From Flaccisagitta enflata (Eukaryota): 64,000 nt of DNA. Both the position numbers and the translations under genes were made by a program. Shown here in pieces: positions 1 to 13,147 of this stretch. The DNA lies in NCBI GenBank assembly GCA_965153355.1, contig OZ231126.1, forward strand, positions 49,538,001 through 49,602,000, written 5' to 3'. The notes beneath the pieces were generated by a model. It saw only the letters and a list, made by a program, of their open reading frames with translations, was not told the origin of the DNA and did no database searches. Numbering within the stretch: the first letter of the stretch is position 1; every line of letters starts with the position of its first letter.

Positions 1-419
1 GTATTACAACCGCCAACATTCATCACCTATATAGCTATGCAAGGGTTTTTAGTAGCGTGCACGTGACTATTATTCCGCTTTGTCTGTCGGTCGGTCAGTC
101 CGTTGGTTACACTTTCAAATGAACCAAATGAGCAAAATGAGCTATAATGCTTAAAAACACCCTCATCGATGAGCAGCTCTGCTCAATGACATGCTTTTTT
201 GGTGCGCCATAGCACCTCAATAACTAGCTCGGTCGGTTGGTCGGTTGGTCACGCTCGAGTTGAAAATCTCGAAAAGAAGCAAAAATCACTTGAAATGATT
301 CAGAAATATGCTAGGATGATTCCCAGATGCGCCATAGCACCTCTATAATAGGTTCTGTCCGTCTGTCCATCTGTCGGTCACGCTCGAATGAAAACTCGCT
401 GAAAATGTTTGAAATCAAT

Positions 420-1920
420 TGAAAACTCATTTCATTCATTTCAATCACTAAAATTCATTTCATTCACTAAAATTCATTTCATTCATTCATTCATTCATTC
501 ATTCATTCATTCATTCATTCATTCATTCATTTTGTTCATTCATTCATTCATTCATTCATTCATTCAATGTATTCATTCCATTTATTCATTCCATTCATTC
601 ATTCATTCATTCATTTTATTCATTCATTTCATTTCATTCATTCATTTCATTCACTGAAAATGTTTGAAATCAATTGAAAACTCATTTCGTTCATTTCATC
701 CACTGAAATACATTTCATTCACTAAAATAATCAGCTACGTTGAGGTCATTCAATAAAATTCATTTATTTCATTCATTCATTCATTTCATTCATTCATTCA
801 TTCATTTCATTCATTCATTTCATTCATTCATTCATTCATTTCATTCATTCATTCATTCATTCATTCATTCATTTCATTCATTTCATTCATTTCATTCATT
901 TCATTCATTTCATTCATTTCATTCATTCCATTCATTCATTCATTCATTCATTTCAATCATTTCATTCATTTCAATTATTTCATTCATTTCATTCATTTCA
1001 TTCATTTCATTCATTTCATTCTTTTCATTCATTTCATTCATTTCATTCATTTCATTCATTTCATTCTTTTCATTCATTTCATTTATTTCATTCGTTTCTT
1101 TCATTCATTCATTCATTCATTTTGTTCATTCATTCATTCATTCATTCATTCATTCATTCAATGTATTCATTCCATTTATTCATTCCATTCATTCATTCAT
1201 TCATTCATTTTATTCATTCATTTCATTTCATTCATTCATTTCATTCACTGAAAATGTTTGAAATCAATTGAAAACTCATTTCGTTCATTTCATCCACTGA
1301 AATACATTTCATTCACTAAAATAATCAGCTACGTTGAGGTCATTCAATAAAATTCATTTATTTCATTCATTCATTCATTTCATTCATTCATTTCATTCAT
1401 TATTTCATTCATTCAATTCATTCATTCATTCATTCATTCATTTCATTCATTCATTTCATTCATTTCATTCATTTCATTCATTTCATTCATTTCATTCATT
1501 TCATTCATTTCATTCATTCCATTCATTCCATTCATTCCATTCATTCATTCATTCATTCATTTCAATCATTTCATTCATTTCAATTATTTCATTCATTTCA
1601 TTCATTTCATTCATTTCATTCTTTTCATTCATTTCATTCATTTCATTCATTTCATTCATTTCATTCATTTCATTCATTTCATTTATTTCATTCGTTTCTT
1701 TCATTCATTCATTTCATTCATTCATTTCATTCATTTATTCATTCATTCATTCATTCATTCATTCCATTAATTTCATTCATTTCAATCATTTCAATCATTT
1801 CAATCATTTCAATCATTTCATCATTTCATCATTTCATCATTCATTCATTCATTTCATTTCATCGGCAGAAAATGTTTCGTTCATTTCATTCACTAAAATT
1901 CATTTCATTCACAAAAATAA
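420..1920. repeat. (ATTC)n/(ATTTCATTC)n satellite with ~595-bp higher-order units
   Basis: Direct reading. Marker CTGAAAATGTTTGAAATCAATTGAAAACTC recurs at ~399, 654 and 1248. AATAATCAGCTACGTTGAGG recurs at ~726, 1320 and 1916. Confidence 0.95.
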
Positions 1921-1964
1921 TCAGCTACGTTGAGGTCTGATCAAGCTGGGGATATGTCGGAAAG

Positions 1965-2205
1965 GTCTGGTGATAGGTCGGATAGGTATGGGGATCGGTC
2001 TTATTGAGCTCGGGAAAGGTCTGATAGAGCTCGGGATAGGTCTGATAAAGCTCGGGATAGGTCTGATAGAGCTCGGGATAGGTCTGATAGAGCTCGGGAT
2101 AGGTCTGATAGAGCTTGGAATAGGTCTGATAGAGCTCGGGATAGGCTTAAGAGAGCTAGGGATAGGTCTGATAGAGCTAGGGATAGGTCTGATGGAGCTA
2201 AGGAT
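1965..2205. repeat. 21-bp minisatellite (GGGATAGGTCTGATAGAGCTC)n
   Basis: About 11 tandem copies; they explain the IGLIELG / SSIRPIP ORFs. Confidence 0.95.
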
Positions 2206-2314
2206 AGCTCTAAGAATTAATAACGCCTGGCGCACCGTCTTGGCCCGTGTATCCGGCCTTGTTTATAGCTGCTTGCTTAAACATGTGTCAAAATATTTAT
2301 TGATTTGTGGCAAC

Positions 2315-2702
2315 CAACCACACTTGACCGACCACGCTTGACCGATCGCAATTGACCGACCAAACTTGACTGACCACACTTGACCGACTTCACTTGACCG
2401 ACCACACTCGACCAACTACACTCGACGGACCACACTCGACGGACCACACTCAACCAACCAAACTCAACAAACCTCACTCAACCAAGCACACTCGACCAAC
2501 CTCACTCAACCAAGCACACTCGACCAACCTCACCTGACTGACCACACTCAAAAAACTTCACTCAACCGACTACAAACTGACTACGCTCGACCAACTACAC
2601 TCAGACTACACTTGACAATCTACACTTGAATGACCACACTCAATAGACTACACTGGACTGACTACACTAAACCAACTTCACTCAACCAACTACACTCAAC
2701 CA
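2315..2702. repeat. Degenerate ~14-bp minisatellite (ACCACACTYGACCG)n
   Basis: Tandem degenerate copies read directly. Confidence 0.85.
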
Positions 2703-2989
2703 CTGATTGGGCAAAGCATTAAAAAGTTATGCATTTTTAAAAATTTTGGACGACGACACGCACCCGCAAAGAATTAAAGTCCGCGTCGGAATGATGTCCC
2801 GTCGTGGACAAAAATCTTCACTCTACCGCACAACCAAGAAATGAATGAATGAATGAACGAATGAATGAATGAAGGAATGAACAAGTTGTCTCATATTTTG
2901 CTGGGGGGAGTGGGGGGGCTGGCGGCTCCAATTTCCCGACATGTGACAACATCCAAATTCTTTTTGGTGCATGTTTCCATAAAATGGTA

Positions 2990-3703
2990 CACTTTTTTTT
3001 TTTATATAAGCACCTCATTTATAAGCACGCCCAGCCTCAGATATTGGGAAAATTTAAGCACATTGCTAAGCACGCTCCAGGCTGAGATTTTCAATTTAAA
3101 AAATTTTTTGATGATTTTCTAAAAATATGCTAATTTTTATGGAATTTAAAAAAAAATTAAATACAAATTTTGATAGAATTTGAAATCATCTATAACATCA
3201 GTTTGTCAGTACATTCAGGATTTTTATACTGATAGAAATAACTGAATTTCTGATATTATGTAATTATATTGCTTAGATACTATTGTTTATAAGGTTTATT
3301 AAATAACAAGGACCACCAAAAAAAAAATTGCATGATATTAAATAACACTAAAAATTTAAAGAAATTTATATCAAATTATGATACCAATCTCATCTCATGA
3401 TTTATATGAAAGTGGGATAACGTCTGTGAAAGATACTGTATATTTTCTTTTACAAAATACATTCACTATGGTGTTTTAAACTATACTTTATTCTATACTA
3501 TACAATACTCCATGCTTTACTGTTTTCTATACCCCACTGTGTACTTTGTTCTATACTGTTTTTGTTTGATACTGTGTGCTTAGTTCTACACTCATTACTC
3601 AATAGGCACGCATTTAAGCACATTTCAGCCTCAAAAATAAGATTTTGCTAAGCACGCTCAGCCTCAGCCAAAAAAGGAGCGTGCTTATAAAAAAAAAAAA
3701 GTG
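2990..3703. mobile_element. MITE with TA target duplication (Tc1/mariner-like)
   Basis: TA|CACTTTTTTTTTTT..ATAAGCAC ... GTGCTTATAAAAAAAAAAAAGTG|TA, AT-rich interior. A related element lies at 59600-60040. Confidence 0.75.
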
Positions 3704-3948
3704 TACATAAATCTTTCAAACAAAAGGGCTCCGACGATGTTTAGTCTTTTAGTTTAAATTCCAAGCACACATGCTTTGGTATCATGCCGTGTGCGTGTTA
3801 ACATTACACTTCATTTTTCAATGTTTTCGCGTCACTTCTCCACCCAAAGGTCTGATTGAACTATCTAATGTCTGCCCCCCCCCCCCCGCACATAACTGGG
3901 GTCGCTGTGTATCTCGCCTTAGGAAGGAATGAGCAAGAAACACAAAAA

Positions 3949-4098
3949 TAAGGCCGCATGCACGGCAATCCAGTCGCGGATGGTTGGGCAGGAGCACTAT
4001 TGCGAAAACCGCTCATAATTCAAAAATTTGACGGACGGACTTGCGGACGGAACGACATGGCAAGGGGTAGACTGTAGAGTCGCGTGTCCGTTACTAAA
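3949..4098 (-). mobile_element. Short HINE-like element
   Basis: AAGGCCGCATGCACGGC..AGTCGCGG end, (GACG)n tract, AGTCGCGTGTCCGTTACTAAAAA end. Confidence 0.6.
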
Positions 4099-4172
4099 AA
4101 CTATGTTTACGTGCGGGTGAGCAAGAGGCAGCCGTCCCGGTCCTTAGGCAGGGGCAGAAAAGCCAAAAAAAA

Positions 4173-4291
<119 letters not shown>

Positions 4292-4929
4292 CATCACTGT
4301 CGATTTGGTTATAAAACGTGTTCGCATGTTCGCTCAATTAGAATGAGCCTAAGAAAGTGATTGATAGAAAACTAGCGTTTTCAACTAGGCCGAATCCTTC
4401 AACTTAAAGATTTTTTTCTGGAAACTCGCGCTGACCAAAAATCGTAGTATGTGGAATTACGAAAATAGCATCGGAAAAATTTTTTTGACACTACCAGTCG
4501 TCTGGGCATCCTACCGAAGGTAAAACCTATACTCAATCTGGGTCCGACCCCAATCTTGTAGCTTCGTGCCTCGGGAGTAGAATGGAAAGTGTGGAAGCAT
4601 GACAACGGGGCCTGGAAATGGCACTGGTTGAGATAAAGTGATGGTTGGGGTAGGACACGTGTTGATATGGGCCTCGTAGTGAGGCAGGTGAGCTAGTGAT
4701 ACAAGCGGTAAGTGCAAACTTGGGTAAAATCGAGCACAAGAAGAATTTTGGGACGATGATTATTAATTATCGGCATGGATGTACTTTGTCAAAAGATTTC
4801 GTGTTGTTGGAAATAAAAATGGAATCCCTAAAACTGCAATGGATATCAGATATTGGTTAATGAACAGGCTCAGTTTTAGAGGTGGCCTTAATGTAATTGC
4901 CAAAAGTATACAGAAAATACAGAAAACGA

Positions 4930-5528
<599 letters not shown>

Positions 5529-6370
5529 AAGGAAGAGAGAGGGCGTAAAGCCATAACACGAAATTAAGGAAGAGAGGAATTGAGGGCAAAGATGAAGGAA
5601 AGTGATGCGAAACCGGCAGAAAAAGGCAACGCGTAGGCCAAAGCACGGTGTTAAAGGGACCAGCAAAGCAGTTTGAAGACAGCTTTTTTACAGCCAATTT
5701 ATGAAATAAAATGTATCCTTTAAGGGATTAAAACATTTGTGTTTCAACAGGAGCCAAAGTAAAAAATCAAAATGATTGAAACTGAATGATTAAACTAAAA
5801 AAATCATTGAGATATATCATGATTGATATTCTTTTGCATAACTTGCATTCAAACATGAAAAAGAACCAAATGAAGCTACAAATAATGAAGAAAATATAAT
5901 GCAAATTATTGAAAATTTCATTTTTGGTAACTGACAGGGGGCTCATTGAAATTCTAAGATTGCATAGAAAATAAAAAAATGAAAAAACAAAAAAACATAG
6001 TTATCTTCCAAAATCGATTACAAAGAGAACTACGTTTTTGGAAATGCAAAATTTTTCTGCATTTGAGAGTCTTAGAATTTCAACGGCAAGAACAAAAAAA
6101 AATGAAAGCAAAATTTCATAAAAAACCTTGATTTTCTCGCTTTTCTTATATGAATTGCATTGTAAAAATTATTTTTGAGGTCAGAATATGATAGAAATGT
6201 ATACACCAAGTGTCTTTAGAGACAATTCATCTTTTAAAATCATTCTTGCACCATTATAATCCTTAAAATGATGCAAAAAGTACAATGAAACACTTACTTT
6301 TCCTTCAAAAATTTGCCGTCGTATCACAACTCGTGTTCCAACATACAACTCGCCAAAAACTTACAGTTAA

Positions 6371-6546
6371 ACAGTTATAACCCGCTATCATGGATCCGAG
6401 AGTAATGGAAATCGCTATCAATGGATCTAAAAAGTTCGTCCCTTCATGTCAATATCATAAAATTTCTGTACTGCCAATAATGGAAATCTGCCTAAACGAA
6501 TAAAATTGGTTGGTCTTTTGACATCCGTTATTGCGGGGTTTATCTT
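6371..6546. mobile_element. Degenerate pogo/Tigger-like MITE related to 31761-31937
   Basis: CAGTTATAACCCGCTATCATGGA ... ATCCGTTATTGCGGGGTTTA resembles the ends and interior of the intact copy at 31761. Confidence 0.5.
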
Positions 6547-8300
6547 AAGTTTAAGACTAGAAGATCCAGAGGCTTTAATATCTGCGCTGTTCTAGTCTGT
6601 CCAATCCTCGAGTGTTTGGAGTCGATTTGAGCGCCTACGACCTTCGACTATTTTTGTAAGGGCGACTGGAGGGGCAATTTATACAACGGCATAATCGAAA
6701 TTGGTTGCGTTGGGTAGAATGGAAGAATGCGAGCTTGAAGGAATCAATATATCGGCCAGAAAGATGAATTAACTGTCATCGTCTGCTCTTCCCCATGCTA
6801 ATTCTAAGCCCCTGCTACTGCTTAGTATTCATACCAGCCGTGTGGTTCCCATCGGACGGAGGTTTAGTTTGGGCTGCGTTTAGATTTCGCGATCGGATGG
6901 CTATTTGTCAGGGCTTAACATTTTGTTGCCAGATCAGCAACTACAATTCCTATTAATGAATCAGGCGGCAAAATTAACTGAAAAATCACTACCTCTGGCC
7001 GCTCTTAAAAGCATTATCTACTTTAACCCCACAGAAACGGATGACAAGGAACCAATATGTTTATTCCGTTTCATCTCTGCTAATGGTATGGGCAGATTTC
7101 ATTCAATTCACCTTCATTTGGCGGGTTATGAAGGTAGTTTATTCAAGAAGCAGTATTTCGTCAACTTGGAGTAAAAAGAAAGGGAGCAGAATAAAAGAAT
7201 TTTTTTTATGATGATTTTATTCAAATTATCGGATGTATTGCAATCAAATGGAATGGTAAAAGGTTGTTCATATATCATTATCTTATAAAGAATCATGAAA
7301 TATCAATTATCGCGTGATCGAGTATAGTCTACATCTAAAGGCTACTAGTTTGGTCTAAAGTCTGTACCACCCAGTGGGCGGTTACCCGAGGGGGTTGAAA
7401 AGGGATTTTTTTAGAACTAGATAGCCATGTAACCTTGCATCTAATTTACTATTTATGAATGTTCTCAGACAAGCAGAGGTTGATGTTTGATCAACAAACC
7501 TATTGACAAAAAATGCTCTCATATACTTTACTATTGTGTTGCCGTGCGGGTTTTCAATCAAACACCAACCCCTGTTTGATTTCCATTCCAAATGCCACTT
7601 AGTGTGTATGGTTAATTGGTGTACGAATCTAAAATTTTGACCCAAACATACCCACTCAATCTCTCCACATCATTCTTTTATGCCCCCGCCCAACCGCGTG
7701 GCACGCGACTGTCAGGGTTGTCTAATGTCTATTTGATGAACAAAAAACGAAAAAGAAAAAGAAACGGACATTTTTGAAATTCAAATGGCTTCTTCAAATG
7801 TATTAGAGAGGGGGAGGGCATATGGAATCGAGATGTTTCTGCAAGTTGTAAAGGTCTTGAAATGCCCAAAATCAATGCGAAAATAAGCTACAGAGAACGG
7901 AACTTGGAGAGAAATCCTTATGAGCTTCATTGGCATTGAATGGTAATTTTGTGAAACATTTGAATTGATTTTTTTTTTTAAACTTTGGCACTTCGACCAT
8001 CGCATTTTGTGCCCAACACGAATAAGTTAAATAACATAAAAAAGATAAGTTTGCGCGTATCAGCTTGTCAGTCATCTATTTTAGTTTGGGTATATTGAGC
8101 ATGCTGAATGTATTGAGGCAAATAAGGACCGTTCGGTGGGCACTAGACAGTAAAACACGAAGATGACTCGATATACCGGGCCACAATATTCGGTGGTTAC
8201 GGAGTAACTGAGGCTGATGAGAAATGAGAATATTTTCTGCTGGGGCTGCATGCGGAACAGCGTTTGGGGATGAGCTTTTTCGTTAGATCAAGAGTAGAAA

Positions 8301-10228
8301 TCAATTTCTAGGTGAGAGGTTAGTGGATGTAGGTTGGTGGGTGACAGAAGCGCGCTGTTTGGGTGCTTTGGATGGTTTGAGTTTTTTGGCTGACTTGGAG
8401 GGGGAAATGAGGAAATGTTCCTTAGTAGCTTCTCCAATGCCCTCATCGACTTCCTCATATGATTCACCTGACAAGACAATATGATGATTTTTCTGATAGA
8501 CTTGTGAGTAGGTAGAATAATTGGGAGTTTGGCCGCTTGAACTCTGTCTATTTCGATTGTGGGCATTCAAGGTCTTCTTTTTGTCTGCAGATGATTTTGC
8601 GTGGGCAGAAGAGACGAGAAAATGTTCTTTTGTAGCCTCTCCTATGCCCTCATCAACCTTGTCAAATTCGTCTCCAGACAAAATCACTTCATTATTTTGC
8701 CAGTCAAGTTGAGTAAATGTTGGGTTGTTACGCGCGTGAGAGTCTGCAGTAGAATTCGACTTAATAGACGGTTTGACCTTAGTTATTGTCTTTTGTGAAG
8801 ATGGCTTGGAAGGAGGATGGGTAATTGATGCTGACTTTATGGGAGGCTGGGCAGTGAGTGTCGGTTTCTTTGTGTGTTTGTTAGTTGATTTTGTCTTTTT
8901 GGAAGGATGATCTGTTGGTGTTGACTTCTTAGGAGGGTGGGGTGTGGTAACTGACTTCTTTGGTGGGTGAGTTATGGATGGGGACTTCTTCAGAGGGTTA
9001 TCAGCGGATGATGACTGTTTGATAGTCGTAGATTTTGACTGTTTTGAAGGGTGGACAGTAATATTTGACTTCTTGAGAGAATGGGCGGTGGTTGTTGCCT
9101 TCAAGGGCGAGTGAGTGATGGGGGTTGACTTCTTGAAAGAATGGGCGGTGGTTGTTGCCTTCTTGGAAAAGTGAGTGATGGGGGTTGACTTCTTGGAAAA
9201 ATGAGTGGTGGGGGACGACTTTTTGGGAGACTGGGCGATAGTTGTAGACTTTTTGGGAGAATGGGCCGTGGTTGACTTCTTTGGAGAGTGGGTGGTGGTG
9301 GTTAGGTCCTTGGAAGAATGGGTGGTGCGGGTTGACTTCTTGTGGGAATTATGTGAGGGTAATGGCTTCCTAGAAGAGTGGGCAGTGGTTGATGACTTTT
9401 TGGGAGAATGGGTGGTGGAGGATGCGTTGTTACGAGTGTTGGGGATGGTTGATGACTTCTTGGGAGAATGAGTAATGGATGTTGACTTTTTTGGAGCCTG
9501 GGCATTGGGAGTTAACTTTTTAGAAGTACGAGTTATGGGAGTAGATAGCTTGGAAGGCTTAGGCCTCGGCGCTGATTTCTTGGATGAGTTGAAAGTGAAC
9601 TTTTTGGGAGTATGGGCAGAGGGTATGGACTTCTTGAGGGTACGTGCTGACTGCCTGGGGGCCTGGGAAGCGCGAGACGACTCTTTTGGAACATGGTTAG
9701 TTGATGATTGGGATGATTTCTTGGGAGCACTAGAAATGGGTGCTGAATGCCTGGAGGAATTGGATGTGGGTGACGATTTCTTGAGGGTTTGGCAGGGGAG
9801 AGGTGATTTCTTGGGAGGATGGGCGGTGGATGCTGACTTTTTTGAAGGAATTGAAATAGATGTGGACCTCTTTGAACGATGGATAGTGGATATTGACTTT
9901 TTTGGAGGATGACTGATGGATATGGGAGGCTTATTAGTGGTGTGGGTGTTAGGAACTGATTTCTTGGATGGTTGGGCTGTGGACATTGACTTGTTAGGGG
10001 CCTTGGTGGTGGATGACGAACTTGTGGGAGACTGGACATGAGATGAGTCCTTGCCTGTTGGGTGGGAAGTCGATTTTGGCTTTTTGGGAGTTCGAGATGT
10101 AGAAATGAGAAAGTGTTCTTTAGTGGCCTCAACGATGCCTTCATCGATGACCTCGAAGGATTCGCCAGACAAGATCACACTGCCATCTCCACAGTCGACG
10201 TTCCTCGCCCAGTCGCAAACTCCAGTAA
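8301..10228 (-). CDS. Peritrophin/mucin-like protein, exon 4 (end of CBM14-3, long basic S/T/K/P/H tail, stop)
   Basis: Acceptor TAATAAAG|. VTGVCDWARNVDCGDG completes domain 3 and runs in frame into the 625-codon ORF to TGA at 8303-8301. Spliced total is 595+192+228+1928=2943 nt = 980 aa + stop. Confidence 0.88.
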
Positions 10229-11515
10229 CTTTATTAGGAAAAAGTGGTAAAGGTCATTCGATTTTGAATGGAATTTGTCTGGTTTGTCAGTTCAATACAG
10301 TACTACATCACGTGTTAAGCTTTGCAGTCAATGGGCAGAAAAAATATATCAGAAAATACGGCACAAATTTGAATGTCATGCTTAGAATTTTACGCTTACA
10401 ATATTATGTGTATGAACAATTGCGATAAAAACTTTGAAAATGGTTTTACAAGTAAATAGATATTCTTTTCAGCCACTGACTAATTCAGCTTTGTTAATAC
10501 ATCGAGAAACAGATACTTAATAGGCTACATCAGGATGGAGAGGAGTGAAACAAGATTATATGAATTTCACCTCATTCGATTCATCAGTTGCAAGTTTGTG
10601 CAAGATACCTGTTTCATTGACTGAAAGATAGAAATAAATTACTTTAAGAATAAAAAGATGGTCGTTGTTCCGTACCCTACCGACGCAATTTCCACTGACT
10701 CAATTGGGCGGTAAAAAATCATCGAAATGTGGGGAATGTATTTCTAACCTGATTTGTCATTGTCAATTTCTTGTAGAACTACATCACATTTGAAGCCTCC
10801 CAGTCAATGGACAGAATATCTCCCTTCATGATATAAAATTCATCATAGGTCATTGATAAAAACATAATTTTAAAAATGATTCTAAATAATTCTAAAAATA
10901 ATTCTAAAAAAATCTAAATGATTTCTTTTTATAATAACACATTGTTTAATAGAAACTTTATTTTATAAATTATCAAAAAACAAAAAGTTAGGCTCTTTTG
11001 ATGCTGTTAAAATATTTTTACAATATAATAAAAAAAGAATTAGGTCTTAAATCAAATTGGTTTCTATTTTGATCACTGACTGATTCAACTTTGTCAATGC
11101 ACGGAGATAAATCGGTAGTTATGTTCTACATGCTATATCAGGATAATGAAGGCGAGAAAATAAATAATGATGAAATGAATATCACCTTATTATGATGATC
11201 GTCAATTGTAAGTTTTTTATCGCTAAATACCTGGTACCTAAACTGAATGATAGAAATAAATTAAGTTAATAAGATGCGCAATGGTGCATCCCGTCTCCCA
11301 CCCACCAATAAGAATGATAAATAACAAGAAAACATGGTTGAATTTTCACGAGCTGTGTTTACAAACTCGCACAAAAAACTTTACACCACCAACCAACCGA
11401 ATCACTCTTTTACTGGAGTTATGATGACGTGTTTTGACTGGGTTAGTTTGCTTCCTATTTTCAATCAAACATTTACGTTGTTCTGCGCTACCTCTATCAG
11501 ACACGTTATATTTAC

Positions 11516-11743
11516 CAGCGTTGAAGAGCGTGCCCCAAGCGCATCGTTCAAGTTTCGCGACTCCATTGTTGCAAGTGAAAAACGAGCTGCAGTCGAGTGG
11601 ATTCGGTACTGAAGCGTTGCTTGTATTACAAAGCTTGCTGAAACTGGCCCGAGTTTCCACGTTAGTCTCTTCATCCTCTCCTGCGTTTCTTCGCGTTCTG
11701 TCGGCGCAGTCCACGTTTCTTGGCCAATCGCAATTTCCAATGT
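11516..11743 (-). CDS. Peritrophin/mucin-like protein, exon 3 (end of CBM14-2, first part of CBM14-3)
   Basis: Acceptor CCATTAG|. HIGNCDWPRNVDC completes domain 2, then LCNTSNASVPNPLDCSSFFTCNNGVAKLERCAWGTLFNA. Donor G|GTAAAT, phase 1. Confidence 0.9.
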
Positions 11744-11861
11744 CTAATGGATTCAGTCAGAGAAAAAATGAGCTCCCATATAAATGGTGTATTCGATTAG
11801 TTACTTAAAAGATTCAAAATCTAAATTTGTTATTCAAAGCTGTATCTATTGTAATTTGTAA

Positions 11862-12229
11862 TTTTTTTATTATACTTTGAGGTATTTTTAGTCATTCTAA
11901 GTCATTCTAAGTCATTCTAAGTCATTCTAAGTCATTCTAAGTCATTCTAAGTCATTCTAAGTCATTCTGAGTCATTCTAAGTCATTCTAAGTCATTCTAA
12001 GTCATTCTAAGTCATTCTAAGTCATTCTTAGTCATTTTAGGTCATTCTAAGTCATTCTAAGGTATTTTAAGTCACTTAAGTCAAATAGGTCAATGTAGTC
12101 ATTTCAGTCATTTTATGTCTTTTTAAGTGATTTAAAGTCGTCTTGAGTCATTTTAAGTCATCTTGAGTCAATAATAGTCATCTTATGTTATCTATGTCCC
12201 GCACGCGACTTATAGGTGTTGGCCTTGTT
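11862..12229 (+). mobile_element. 5'-truncated HINE-like element with (AAGTCATTCT)n satellite, in intron 2
   Basis: 10-bp tandem array followed by CGCACGCGACTTATAGGTGTTGGCCTTGTT, the same 3' end as at 20377, 37328 and 52348. Confidence 0.75.
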
Positions 12230-12566
12230 TTTTTTTTTCAATTCGTCTATTAGTATTACAACTTCTTTAATCGCGTTGAGTGTTTATCAAAACGCCAATG
12301 AGTATTCTATATTGCTGTGTAAATTGTCGCATTTTATGTTGACGAAAAAAAGGAAACAGTAATAATGATGATAATTTGAGTAGGGGCAGTAAGGCTCTAA
12401 GCGCTTGTTATTGTCGATGAATTGACTGATGGGATTTCTCTACTTGCTTATTTGTTATTTGTTACTACAATCCAGACACGCAACTTTTTCCTATCATTCC
12501 AACATTTTCGTGTCACTCTAGGACAAAGCATCTGAAATGGTTTTGATGGATTACTCTCTGACTTAC

Positions 12567-12758
12567 GTGGATTGAAGACAGTTCCGGTGCTGCATCTCCT
12601 CGTTTTCGCTTCGCCGTGATCGCAGATGTAATAAGCCGCGCATTTTTCGGGATGTGGCAACAAAGCGCCGTTGCCATGGCCGAAGCAAGGGTTTGTGAAC
12701 GTCACTTCTCCACTTCCTTCCTCATCATCCTCTTCTTCTCCCTCTGTGACGTCAGTGG
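12567..12758 (-). CDS. Peritrophin/mucin-like protein, exon 2 (acidic linker, first part of CBM14 domain 2)
   Basis: Acceptor TATCATAG|, in frame as TDVTEGEEEDDEEGSGEVTFTNPCFGHGNGALLPHPEKCAAYYICDHGEAKTRRCSTGTVFNP. Donor C|GTAAGT, phase 1. Confidence 0.9.
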
Positions 12759-13147
12759 CTATGATAATAAGGGAGGCGGTAGCTATCTTAGATCAGTGTC
12801 AGTTTAAGGTAAGGTTCAATTCAGGTAAGGCCGTAAGGTTCAATTCTTACAAAGACGGTGATGTAATGCGCCGGAAAATGGACTGTGTGTCTACAGGCGC
12901 TTCATGGAAAATGTCACAAAGAGATAAGAGACTACGGAGATGTGGCGTTCGCTCTTAATTAGCATTCAAAAACCCCATGATCATGTGAAGGCAATGTGAT
13001 TTCGTTGTGACCTTGTTAAGAGGCATACAGCCATCACTAAGGGGGAGGGGGTCATTGGGCGATGGGCAAAACTTTAACCTTGTCTCGTCACCAGGAAATT
13101 TAAAACGGAAATACTCGGCGCTGCATAAAAAGCTCAGCCTCAATTAC

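Larger units (their letters stand above)
201..2264 (+). mobile_element. Helentron/DINE-1-like (HINE) non-autonomous element inflated by internal satellites
   Basis: 5' T-run then GGTGCGCCATAGCACC hairpin and (GGTC/GGTT)n tract. The 3' end has the inverted subterminal copy TGGCGCACC (2228-2236) plus the GGCCCGTGTATCCGGCC hairpin and TTGTTT. This is the same 3' end as other dispersed copies. Confidence 0.65.

Noticed and set aside
4400-4900. Possible LINE C-terminal remnant (..YWLMNRLSF..)
   Set aside because: The resemblance is limited to a few residues, with no RT or endonuclease motifs nearby.
6560-7175. Decayed coding sequence (plus-strand 89-aa ORF; weak protease-like FDYAVV on minus)
   Set aside because: Multiple stops and no convincing motif set. 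It cannot be supported without a search.
10571-11242. Cassette micro-exons in the duplicated intron-3 segments
   Set aside because: AG/GT-like sites exist, but one candidate is 50 nt (frameshifting) and the other gives an immediate stop or frameshift. Direct exon 3-4 splicing completes the CBM14 domain.
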